From assembly GCA_964658405.1 (NCBI GenBank), contig CAZZZQ010000002.1, forward strand, positions 1 to 32,156: a stretch of 32,156 bases of DNA. The letters run 5' to 3'. Under the pieces are notes generated by a model. It was not told the origin of the DNA. It saw nothing but the letters and a program-made list of their open reading frames with translations, and searched no databases. Positions within the stretch are counted from its first letter, which is position 1. Each line of letters opens with the position of its first letter. Below are positions 18,807-27,291 of this stretch, piece after piece. The translations under genes and the position numbers were made by a program. This stretch comes from an uncultured Sphingomonas sp. GTDB lineage: Bacteria > Acidobacteriota > Terriglobia > Terriglobales > Acidobacteriaceae.

Positions 18807-18848
18807 GTGAACGACTCCGACAGAACAAGCTCTGCCATTTCTGCCACA
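18807..18848 (-). promoter_or_regulatory. Conserved leader element, copy 1 (wza operon)
   Basis: TGTGGCAGAAATGGCAGAGCTTGTTCTGTCGGAGTCGTTCAC; 30 of 42 aligned positions identical to 27120-27160 by hand alignment. Confidence 0.7.
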
Positions 18849-18897
18849 CCGCGTCGCGGTTGCAGGAATCTTTGATCTTGTTGTTTGGGGAGGATGT

Positions 18898-18913
18898 TGC
18901 AATCAACAGTCCA
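18898..18913 (-). promoter_or_regulatory. Candidate sigma54 -24/-12 promoter of the wza operon
   Basis: Minus strand T-GG-ACTGTTGATT-GC-A (GG-N10-GC with TTGCA at -12). Confidence 0.7.
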
Positions 18914-18930
18914 GAGCGGGCGGCTCTATA

Positions 18931-18943
18931 AATCAACTACATA
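18931..18943. promoter_or_regulatory. Candidate IHF site
   Basis: AATCAACTACATA has one mismatch to WATCAANNNNTTR and lies between the promoter and the putative enhancer. Confidence 0.45.
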
Positions 18944-18964
18944 CAGCAGCACCCTTCAGGAAGA

Positions 18965-18979
18965 TGCGCAAAGCGTTGC
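18965..18979. promoter_or_regulatory. Candidate bEBP upstream activating sequence, copy 1
   Basis: TGCGCAAAGCGTTGC (core palindrome GCAA-N4-TTGC), offset 52 bp from the T of the -24 element; a second copy is at 27277. Confidence 0.6.
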
Positions 18980-19135
18980 AGACAGTGTGACAAGTGAGGA
19001 GCGACTGCGCAGTCTCTTGCAAGAAGACTCCCTCCCAACGGAACCATCACAAAACGATGACACGCCTTTATCGTGAAGACCGCTGCGTTTTCGAGGGTCA
19101 TCGCGTGTACAGTGTTCTTGCAGAGGGGACATCCC

Positions 19136-20455
19136 ATGTCGTTGCCTGCACGATCTGCATGCCGCAATCTCCTCATCGCAGCCCTGCTGCCTGCCACGAT
19201 CATTGCGTCGGGATGTGGCGGTCAGGCCTCAACTCTCTCTGCACCGACTTTGTCTTCGTTGCTGCATTTGTCTTCCGCGCCAGCAGGATCTGTCGATTCA
19301 TTTCCCCAAATCAAAGTCCTCCCTGCCGCGCTTTCAGCAAAGGTCGTCGCTCCCGGTGAACCGTTCAACATCACGGCGTCGTTCCTTGCCACCTCGCGAG
19401 TAAGCTCGGACTTGGCCCTTGATCTCTATCTGCTCAACGGCCAGGGAATCGTCGTTTCGCAGAAGCACAGTACCCTGAATGACGGACTTCTCATCCTGCC
19501 TACCTCAAGCTGGATTGGCCCGGTCGCTCTGACACTGTCTATGGCAGCTCCGGCTAACGCGAAGGGCACCCTCTACGCCATGCTCTCCCTGTCCGGAGCT
19601 CACGGGCTCGTGGCACTCTCATCCGCCCCGGGCGTCGATCATGATCACGAGCATCGCTTCTATGTAGGAGCAATCACACTTCACGAGCCGGCACAAAAAG
19701 CCCACCTCACGCTGCCCGCAAGCCTCGACCGCTCCCGTTACGTCCTCACGTTTGAGGACAACTTCGCAACCAGCAGCATCTCGGACGCAGCTCTGCAGGA
19801 TCACAGCAAGTGGTACACACAGAATGAGCAGTGCTGCCTGGTCACCAGCGACGGGACAGGCACCGCGATGGCGACGCGCTCGGGGCCGGATGATCCATTC
19901 CTGCTTGTGCCCCCCGATGGCCTCACGATCAAACTCCAGCGTAGGGCCAATCGATGGACCTCCGGAGTTCTTACGAGCGTCGATTCAAAGGGGAGCGGCT
20001 TCTCCCAGACATATGGCTACTTCGAGATGCGTGCGCGATTCCCCAGCGGCCTCAACACCTGGCCCGCCTTCTGGCTGCTCAACACCGCAAGCAAGAGCAC
20101 GGGCGCTCCGGCGGGCGAAATCGACATCGTTGAATACATTGCCAATCCTGGGTTCTCACACTATATCGCGACGACCCTGCATGATTGGAGCGACCGATCT
20201 ACTCCTGCAATGAGCCACCACATGGTCGACCTTCCAACCGATGGATTCCACACCTACGGGATGTTATGGACCGCCGAGACCATGACCTTCTACTTCGACG
20301 ACGGCGTAACCTTTCAATGCCCGACTCCGGCCATCATGCATCAGCCTTACTATCTGCTCATGGACCTTGGACTCGGCGGTGGATGGCCTACACGCGATAC
20401 TCCCGCGACGAACGATCTGCAGATCCAATATGTACGGGCCTATACAGTTCACTAA
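19136..20455 (+). CDS. Glycoside hydrolase family 16, probable lipoprotein
   Basis: YGYFEMRA, WPAFWLL, catalytic EIDIVE (ExDxxE), FHTYG..W; signal peptide ending IASG-C; RBS GAGGGG. The track start is 19073. Confidence 0.88.
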   Translation: MSLPARSACRNLLIAALLPATIIASGCGGQASTLSAPTLSSLLHLSSAPAGSVDSFPQIKVLPAALSAKVVAPGEPFNITASFLATSRVSSDLALDLYLLNGQGIVVSQKHSTLNDGLLILPTSSWIGPVALTLSMAAPANAKGTLYAMLSLSGAHGLVALSSAPGVDHDHEHRFYVGAITLHEPAQKAHLTLPASLDRSRYVLTFEDNFATSSISDAALQDHSKWYTQNEQCCLVTSDGTGTAMATRSGPDDPFLLVPPDGLTIKLQRRANRWTSGVLTSVDSKGSGFSQTYGYFEMRARFPSGLNTWPAFWLLNTASKSTGAPAGEIDIVEYIANPGFSHYIATTLHDWSDRSTPAMSHHMVDLPTDGFHTYGMLWTAETMTFYFDDGVTFQCPTPAIMHQPYYLLMDLGLGGGWPTRDTPATNDLQIQYVRAYTVH

Positions 20456-22119
20456 GCCAGGATGGCGTTCCTTGCATCGCCATTCATTCGGAGAGGTGCG
20501 ATGTTCGCGACCGGTAGAGCCACAGCTCTGCTCTCCAGTTGCCGCAATCGATCCGCCGTGCGCAGCGCAAGGGCAACAATCATGAGTGTAGGATTCGCGT
20601 GCCCCGCGGTCGGGAAGATAGAGCTTCCGGCGACATAGAGGTTGTCGAGTCCATGGACACATCCTTCCCTGTTCACCACGCCGGTGTGGGGGTTATCTGA
20701 CATCCGCGTGGTGCCGATCGGATGCGCCGGATCGAAGAAGACAGCATCCTCAAGCCGCTGTGTACGAACCCAGTCCACAAGGACAGCAGGTGCTTTCCCC
20801 GCACGTACCAGAGCTTCATTCACCGCATGCCCGAGATGAACTACAGTCCGACGTTCCAGTTCACCGATTCGCCAGTCAATCCGTGCGAGCGGCAGGCCCA
20901 AAGCGTCGACACGATCCGACAACATCACACGGCTTGCCGCGTCAGGGACCTGCTCCACCATGGCATCGAGGTCCAGCTCGCCCATGCGACGTGGCAGGGG
21001 ACCTTGGCGCATGATCTTCGTCCACACCCCCTTGAGAATCTGGTCCGCGTGCTTTAACACGATCCGTCCAAGCGCAGCGCGGTCGCCGCCATTGTTTCGC
21101 CCGAGCGATCGGAGTGCCCGCCATGCGTCATCGGTTGAGACGTGCTGGGTCGTCCAGGCTGCACCGTTCAACAGGTGGCGTTCACGCTGAACCTGCGGAG
21201 AGAGCGACAGCCCCCTTTGGAATACGGCCCCGGAAGCGTGTCGAAAGAGTCCAAACTCCTGCTGTATTTCGGCGCGAGCTGCAAAGGGAAAGGTCCCCAG
21301 TGTCGCGCGTGGATGATCCATTAGAAACCGACCAACCAGGTCGTTTCGGTTGCCAAGCCCGTTTCGCTCCTGCCGATTCGAGAGCAACAGAATTCTCGCG
21401 TTCTCGATAGCACCCGCACACAGCACCACGGTGTCGCATCGCACCTGATGAACTGCCCCATCCGGTGCCATGACTTTGACCGTGTGGACCCGTCGGCCAC
21501 CTTCGTCGACCCTGATCTGCGTCACCGTGGCCTGCGTCACCACGCTCACTCGATCGGACTGGAGCTTTCTGAAGCGCGGACCAAACCTGACAAAATCATC
21601 GTTGATTCGCGAGATGCGGCTGAACTGCCAGAAGATCGAACGAAGCTCCGGCTCATGCTCGCTATCGAACCGATCCGGAAGACCAAGCTCCTTGAGCAGG
21701 CCCTTGTCATACTCTGAGGGAACGAGTCCAAGGTACGCTGCGGCCCTGTTGAGGTAAGGCTCTATATCCTGCTCGGACAATGGCCAGCCTGAGTTGGGGA
21801 CCCAGCTTCGCTGATCATAGTCGATCGGATCAAGCGGGGTGCATCGTCCCGACCACGTCAGAGATGAGCCCCCGAGCACACGATTGCGCACCTTGCGTGT
21901 ATTCATCTCACGCGCCGCGCCGACATTTTCGAATTGATTAAGGCCCGCCGCGAAGGCACTCTCGTGCCGGCTGCCGCCACTCTCGACCACAAGGACCTTC
22001 TGACGCCCTTGTGCAAGCTCCGTGGCAATCGTAATTCCGGCGGGGCCCGAACCAATAATGCAGATATTCGTCGTCAGAGGACGACCGGCCGGAAGCGTTT
22101 GTAGGTCCATGATCTGCAT
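20452..22119 (-). CDS. GMC-family FAD-dependent oxidoreductase
   Basis: IIGSGPAG, VESGG, LGGSS..W.G, GAIENARILL.S, VGRFLMDHP, H..GTTRM, FPTAGHANPTL. The track start is 22182. Confidence 0.9.
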   Translation of the reverse strand: MQIMDLQTLPAGRPLTTNICIIGSGPAGITIATELAQGRQKVLVVESGGSRHESAFAAGLNQFENVGAAREMNTRKVRNRVLGGSSLTWSGRCTPLDPIDYDQRSWVPNSGWPLSEQDIEPYLNRAAAYLGLVPSEYDKGLLKELGLPDRFDSEHEPELRSIFWQFSRISRINDDFVRFGPRFRKLQSDRVSVVTQATVTQIRVDEGGRRVHTVKVMAPDGAVHQVRCDTVVLCAGAIENARILLLSNRQERNGLGNRNDLVGRFLMDHPRATLGTFPFAARAEIQQEFGLFRHASGAVFQRGLSLSPQVQRERHLLNGAAWTTQHVSTDDAWRALRSLGRNNGGDRAALGRIVLKHADQILKGVWTKIMRQGPLPRRMGELDLDAMVEQVPDAASRVMLSDRVDALGLPLARIDWRIGELERRTVVHLGHAVNEALVRAGKAPAVLVDWVRTQRLEDAVFFDPAHPIGTTRMSDNPHTGVVNREGCVHGLDNLYVAGSSIFPTAGHANPTLMIVALALRTADRLRQLESRAVALPVANIAPLRMNGDARNAILA

Positions 22120-22165
22120 CTGAGATCTACGCCTCCTGTTTTGTGATGGCTCATGATTGGAAGAC

Positions 22166-23830
22166 CTACGCCCTCGCTGCAACCGTCCCGGGAATAAGCT
22201 CCTGCTGAGGTCGTGACTGTCCCTTCACCTCTGCGTCGGCCTTCTCCTCGTGATAATCCTGTTCCGTGTTGATCTCCCACAGCGCAGCCTTGTTGACGTA
22301 TCCCGCACACAGACCGTCGACAACCGTCATCGCGGTCAGCATTGAATGATCCTGATTGTTGTACTTATGCATGCCGTTTCGGCCAACCAGGAACAGATTC
22401 TCAAACGAGTCAGTCCACTGCTTCAACTCGCCGAAGCGCTCGTAGGTTCCGAAGTAAGCCGGGTAGGTCTTCGGAACGCGAACGACATGCGAATCAGACA
22501 CCGCCTCGGCATCCAGCAAGCCGATCTTTGCGACCTCCGAGATCGCAAACTTCTTCAAGGAGTCGTCGTCCATCTTCCAGAGCGGGTCCGTGTCGTAGCA
22601 GAAATACTCCAGGCCAATCCACGTCTTCGTCGGGTCACTGACCAGGTAAGGACTCCAGTTGTTGAAGATCTGTAACCGTCCAAGGAGCACATCCGGCTCC
22701 TGCACGTAGATCCACGTATCCTTCAGCAGACCACCATCCGTCTCCGTTACCTTCAGACGATCTGCCAACAAACCAACTGTGATGAAGTCGCGATACTGCA
22801 GTCCGTCGCTGACCTCCTGCACGTTCTTCGGCACCGGGCTGTCCATCGCCTGCACTAACTCCCGCATGGGCATCGTCGAGAAGAAGTAGTCGCCCTCAAG
22901 CCGGCGGCGCTCGCCCGCTCCGTTGACGACTTCAACCCATCGCACCTCGCTGCCATCGCAGTGTATGTCGGTGACCTTCCAGCCAGTCTGAACCTCGCCG
23001 CCAAGCCGCACGATCTCTTCCGCGACGTGCTCCCAAAGCTGCCCGGGCCCAAGCTTCGGATACATGAAGCGCTCGATCAGGCTGGTGTCGGTATCCTTTT
23101 GCGCGAGGTCGGTCCCGGCACCAGGCTTGCTCTTACCTTTCATTGCCTGTTGCACAAAGTGCTTGAGCGCTGTGGTCAGACTCAGACCCTTAATGCGTTG
23201 CGCACCCCACTCCGCCGAGATCTGGTCGCACGGCGTCCCCCACACCTTTTCCGTGTAGCTCTTGAAGAAGGTCAAATAGAGCTGCCGTCCGAAGCGATTG
23301 ATCAGGAAGTCTTCAAGGCTCTTCTCAGGCTTGATCTGACCGACCCGCGACGCAATGTAGCTGATCCCGACCTTGGCCGTTCGCACCGCGCCCAGGTTCT
23401 GCAGCGTGCCGCCCGACAGTTTGATCGGGTAGTCGAAGAACTTGCGCAGGTAGTAGATGCGGCTCTTGCGCGGACGGATGAGCATGACCTTGTCCGGATC
23501 AGCCGCTGGATCCGGCTTGGTCGTGGGAACCGCCGACGGTAGACCGCGCGACTTGCCCTGGTATTGAATCACCGGCACCGGCGCATCACTCGCGCCGGCC
23601 TCAACCGGCATGATCTCCATCCACCACTGCATGACGCGATCCGACTTTGAGAAGAAGCGATGCCCGCCAATATCCATGCGGTTGCCCTTGTACTTGATCG
23701 TGCGCGAGATCCCGCCGATCTCATCACTGGCCTCAAGGACGATCGGATGAATATCTGACCGGCGCAGCAACTCCAATCCTGCCGTCAGTCCGGCCGGTCC
23801 TGCACCAATGATGATCGCTGTCTTCGCCAT
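22166..23830 (-). CDS. FAD-dependent oxidoreductase, UDP-galactopyranose mutase-like (often auto-annotated HemY-like)
   Basis: [52 protein letters not shown]; RBS GAGGAG. Confidence 0.8.
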   Translation of the reverse strand: MAKTAIIIGAGPAGLTAGLELLRRSDIHPIVLEASDEIGGISRTIKYKGNRMDIGGHRFFSKSDRVMQWWMEIMPVEAGASDAPVPVIQYQGKSRGLPSAVPTTKPDPAADPDKVMLIRPRKSRIYYLRKFFDYPIKLSGGTLQNLGAVRTAKVGISYIASRVGQIKPEKSLEDFLINRFGRQLYLTFFKSYTEKVWGTPCDQISAEWGAQRIKGLSLTTALKHFVQQAMKGKSKPGAGTDLAQKDTDTSLIERFMYPKLGPGQLWEHVAEEIVRLGGEVQTGWKVTDIHCDGSEVRWVEVVNGAGERRRLEGDYFFSTMPMRELVQAMDSPVPKNVQEVSDGLQYRDFITVGLLADRLKVTETDGGLLKDTWIYVQEPDVLLGRLQIFNNWSPYLVSDPTKTWIGLEYFCYDTDPLWKMDDDSLKKFAISEVAKIGLLDAEAVSDSHVVRVPKTYPAYFGTYERFGELKQWTDSFENLFLVGRNGMHKYNNQDHSMLTAMTVVDGLCAGYVNKAALWEINTEQDYHEEKADAEVKGQSRPQQELIPGTVAARA

Positions 23831-23966
23831 GAACTTTCTCCTCAGTCTTTCTGGTTAGGCCGAGCCCATGAGTCCCCGCAACAAGGGCAACTCTGAACTG
23901 CAAGCGGAGTGGTCTCGTTATGCCGGGATCGACTCCGGCAAACTCACTTGAATGACTTCGAATGTT

Positions 23967-25721
23967 TTAGGGCAGGGGCTGCACACGCTCATAGATCAGG
24001 CGGCAATCCACTGACTCAGCCGTGTCCCGATAAAACCGGGTTCCACAAAAACGATGGGTCTCGCGGTACCCCTGTGATTCCAACAGGTGTACAAGGTCCT
24101 GCTGCACAAAGACCGTGCCCGGCGGCACCAGCGTGACCCATTGAGCGGTCACCGGAAAGACCGGGCTGGACATCTTAAGAATGACCATCCCAGGCTGCTC
24201 CGCCATCGTCTCCCGGATGAAAAGACTTGGGTTTCTCGTCCGGCTGAACGGCCAGTAGTCAACCGACTGGTTCGAATACGGTCGCTCCGGAAGATAAGCG
24301 TTGACCGTCACCGAATCGTCGTCGAACGCTACGATATGGACGCTCCGTGGCACAGTGGCAAGAAACGCCGCCGTCGCTTTGCTGCTCGAGTAGGGCGCTC
24401 GCATATCACCGAGCAGCGCATGCCCGCTCCATCCGATCTGCAGCACCATGACAAGCAAAACGCAGCCGTAGAGCGCATCACGAGTCCTCGCCTCCCAAAC
24501 ACCGCGAGGATCCTGCAGCCACAGTATCCAGAGAGCCGCCGTGATCGCAATCCATACCAGCCCGATGTGGTGCGCCTCGCCTGAGATCATCACGTTGCAG
24601 ACCTGCACCAGCGCAAGCGGCAGCAGCGCAAGCCATAGCCTCGCCCACGCAAGGCTGATACACAGCAGCATCAGGAAAATTCCTGCCAGCAGATTCGACG
24701 TTGAGATCGGGGCCGTCATCGCCGTGAGCAAAACAAGGAGATGTTTCAGGACGCGCCCGCTGAGGATGATGGGGCTTCCCTGCGCGGGGATGGCATTAAT
24801 GGCCAGCCATGCCTTGGTCGCAAGCGCACCCTGTGCCGGAGGAACGGTCCAGACCTCGTCCTTCTCCAGGCCGATCGCGTCAGCCTTCGCTGGAGAGGCA
24901 GCCTTGACGTGATGTGAAAACTGGTTGCGCAGCGCCTCGACCAGTGGATTTGCCGTCGTTGAAGATCCATCCGACGTCGGCATCGCGGTCGCCGCGGAAG
25001 CTCCGAACAGCAGCACGAGGACCAGTGCAGGAAGCAGCAGACGATGCCGCGCGATGGCATGCCCTCCCCAAAGCCGATCGGCGGCATAGAGCACCACCAG
25101 GCCCATCGAAAGCGCCGCCATGTGCAAGGAGCAGTTCGCGAACAATCCCGCCAGGACAGCAAACGCCATCGGGTTGCTCTTGCGGTTTCCATACAACGCG
25201 AGCAGCCCATAGACGAAGAGTGGTGCAAGCACGTAGCTTCGCGCCACCACCGCATACTGATAGATCACGTAGAAGGTAAAGGGGGCCAGCAGCTTGATCG
25301 CTCTGGGAACCGGCGAATACCGCAGCCCCACGTAGACGCCTGCCGTGGCCAGTGCGCCTGCAATCAGCTGCATCCCGATAAACGGAACACCGAGTCTCGT
25401 CTCGATCCAGAGCAGCGTATGCCAGAGGCCCGGCGAGCCTTCGTAGTGAAGTCGATGCACAAGCAGATCCACCAGCGATGAATCTCGTGCAATCAGCCAC
25501 GCCTGCGCCTCGTCGAACCAACTTTCATGACGTGGGATGCACCACGCCAGCAGGAGCGCATACAGCAACATCGATGCCGATTCCAGCCTGCCGAACTGTG
25601 CTCTCGCCTTTGTCCGAAGTGATCCCATCATCGGAAGCGAACCCACGCTCTGCGTCGGGTCGATCGTCCGTGCACCCGTGGCGGACATCAACGTCCGCTC
25701 TACTACCCCTGGATGTGCCAT
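23967..25721 (-). CDS. Polytopic membrane protein, GT-C-fold glycosyltransferase-like
   Basis: HESWFDEAQAW right after the first TM (DE motif in the first external loop), YEGSPGLW, ARSY.L; many TM helices plus a soluble C-terminal domain. Start 25721 after GAGGTG; the track start is 25937. Confidence 0.65.
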   Translation of the reverse strand: MAHPGVVERTLMSATGARTIDPTQSVGSLPMMGSLRTKARAQFGRLESASMLLYALLLAWCIPRHESWFDEAQAWLIARDSSLVDLLVHRLHYEGSPGLWHTLLWIETRLGVPFIGMQLIAGALATAGVYVGLRYSPVPRAIKLLAPFTFYVIYQYAVVARSYVLAPLFVYGLLALYGNRKSNPMAFAVLAGLFANCSLHMAALSMGLVVLYAADRLWGGHAIARHRLLLPALVLVLLFGASAATAMPTSDGSSTTANPLVEALRNQFSHHVKAASPAKADAIGLEKDEVWTVPPAQGALATKAWLAINAIPAQGSPIILSGRVLKHLLVLLTAMTAPISTSNLLAGIFLMLLCISLAWARLWLALLPLALVQVCNVMISGEAHHIGLVWIAITAALWILWLQDPRGVWEARTRDALYGCVLLVMVLQIGWSGHALLGDMRAPYSSSKATAAFLATVPRSVHIVAFDDDSVTVNAYLPERPYSNQSVDYWPFSRTRNPSLFIRETMAEQPGMVILKMSSPVFPVTAQWVTLVPPGTVFVQQDLVHLLESQGYRETHRFCGTRFYRDTAESVDCRLIYERVQPLP

Positions 25722-25792
25722 GTTCACCTCGTATCCCTCCGATCGACTGTTATCCCCACGCCATGCATGTCGCCGTGCAGTCTCCGCAACCA

Positions 25793-27049
25793 CTAAAACC
25801 AGAGCGGAGTCTCCCAGATCGCCGCAGCTGGCTTCAGCGGCTCCTTCTCTGCGACCGGCTTGACGGCCTTCTTCATGAAGGGGTGCTCCAGGAACTGGTA
25901 GGAGAGATAAGACACCAGCACTGCAAGCACCCCGCACACCGCGACGAAACTCCAGTAGCTGAGAGCCGAGAGAGAACCCACCGACGTGAAGCGCGCTAAG
26001 ACCGCAACACCGGCCTGCAGCACGAAGACATGCAAGAGGTAGAAGCTGTAGCTGATACGGCCAAGCGAGCGGACCGGCGCCGACGCCAGCAGGCCAAACA
26101 GCGTATTGCCCGAACAGATACAGGCAAACGGCACGATCAACATCCCACTCTCAAGCCATCCGTATCTGGCCGGAACAGCCCATGCTGTGATCGCCAGCAG
26201 ACCCACCGACAAGACCGCCGCCGAATGCCCCTGCGCCCATGCCCTCGCCGGCTTCGACAGCTTGACCGCCGCCACGATCATCCCGGCGCTGAAGGTTTCA
26301 AAGAGGAACTGTGCGTAGCCACCCAGCGTCTTCCACGCATAGTTCACTGGCCAGTTGAAGCCAAACGTAACCCTGTCGGCCAGCAGGCTTAAGAGCAACG
26401 CCCCCGCCAGCAGGAGAGGCAGCCGCCACCTCCTGCGTGCGAACCAGCCGAAGAAGGGTAGGCTCAGATAAAACATCCACTCCAGCCGAAGGGTCCAGAC
26501 CTGTCCAAGCAGACGTTTCGAATCAAAGACGCCATTGATGTCGTGACCGGCTCCCAGGAAAGAAAACCACTTCACGACATCGAGAATCAATCTGCCCCAC
26601 GACTGCTGCCGATGGAAGCCGCTGGCAACCGCGACAAAAAGAAACAACAGCAGGCACGCCAGCAGGTAAGCTCCGCCAAGCCTGCCCAGGCGATCTTTCA
26701 TAAAAGCTATGAAGCCTAGATCCGGCCGTTTCATCAGCTTCGACCAGAAAAGATATCCCGTCACGAAGAAGAACAGGGTCACCGGCAGCACGCCCATCTG
26801 CGCATAAAAATTGGAGGGCGCCTCTTCCCAGTGACCCGTCTGCAAAAGGAAGAAGAACAGCAAAGCATGATGAATGAAGACGGACGGTGCAAGAATTCCC
26901 CGAAGACCATCCACCGTCAACAGCCGGCCTGATGCAAGGTCCTCCGCGGTAAGCCTCCGTTGCAGCGGAAGCACCCTGCACAGGAGTGCCGCTTCGGCGA
27001 TAAACACCGCGAGCAGCAAAAAACAGAAGAAGGCATTCGCGACATTCAT
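25793..27049 (-). CDS. Acyltransferase family 3
   Basis: VDGLRG....V..HH, V.LFF.VTGYLF, WTL.LEW.FY, LGRISYSFYLLH, SYQFLEHP. Start at 27049 after GGAGAGG; the track start is 27241. Confidence 0.88.
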   Translation of the reverse strand: MNVANAFFCFLLLAVFIAEAALLCRVLPLQRRLTAEDLASGRLLTVDGLRGILAPSVFIHHALLFFFLLQTGHWEEAPSNFYAQMGVLPVTLFFFVTGYLFWSKLMKRPDLGFIAFMKDRLGRLGGAYLLACLLLFLFVAVASGFHRQQSWGRLILDVVKWFSFLGAGHDINGVFDSKRLLGQVWTLRLEWMFYLSLPFFGWFARRRWRLPLLLAGALLLSLLADRVTFGFNWPVNYAWKTLGGYAQFLFETFSAGMIVAAVKLSKPARAWAQGHSAAVLSVGLLAITAWAVPARYGWLESGMLIVPFACICSGNTLFGLLASAPVRSLGRISYSFYLLHVFVLQAGVAVLARFTSVGSLSALSYWSFVAVCGVLAVLVSYLSYQFLEHPFMKKAVKPVAEKEPLKPAAAIWETPLWF

Positions 27050-27119
27050 GAGACAGGCCTCTCCGGCTTTCAGACTCCCCAATGAGGCGAACCAGCGCTG
27101 TGTGCACTCGTTGTGTGAG

Positions 27120-27160
27120 GTGAAGCAGGCCAACAGGCAAGCTTCGCCGTTTCCGTCACA
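27120..27160 (-). promoter_or_regulatory. Conserved leader element, copy 2 (tailoring operon)
   Basis: TGTGACGGAAACGGCGAAGCTTGCCTGTTGGCCTGCTTCAC; paralogous to 18807-18848 and at nearly the same distance from its promoter. Confidence 0.7.
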
Positions 27161-27208
27161 TAGGAATAGAGGGGTTGATAAGCTGCGGTGCTGAGTTGAC
27201 AGGGCAGG

Positions 27209-27224
27209 TGCATGCCTGTGACCA
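27209..27224 (-). promoter_or_regulatory. Candidate sigma54 -24/-12 promoter of the tailoring operon
   Basis: Minus strand T-GG-TCACAGGCAT-GC-A (GG-N10-GC). Confidence 0.62.
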
Positions 27225-27276
27225 AACCATCCGCTACTCATTTAGAACGAGTTATGGGTGATTCAAAGTCGGATGG

Positions 27277-27291
27277 TGCGCAAAGACTTGC
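27277..27291. promoter_or_regulatory. Candidate bEBP upstream activating sequence, copy 2
   Basis: TGCGCAAAGACTTGC is 13/15 identical to 18965-18979, offset 53 bp from the T of the -24 element. Confidence 0.6.

Noticed and set aside
18807-18848. Leader element as a c-di-GMP-I (GEMM) riboswitch (GAAA loop followed by GCAGAGC)
   Set aside because: No clear P1 helix, tetraloop receptor or full-length P2/P3 stems could be drawn; the resemblance is limited to a few nucleotides. An Rfam search would settle it.
22166-23830. Protoporphyrinogen oxidase (hemY) annotation
   Set aside because: Only the FAD-binding motif supports it; the GGH and NQDHS motifs and the glycan context point to a sugar-nucleotide enzyme.
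23921-23940. Small hairpin TGCCGGGATCGACTCCGGCA between GT-C and mutase-like genes
   Set aside because: Short stem, no U-tract and a single copy; not enough to call a terminator.
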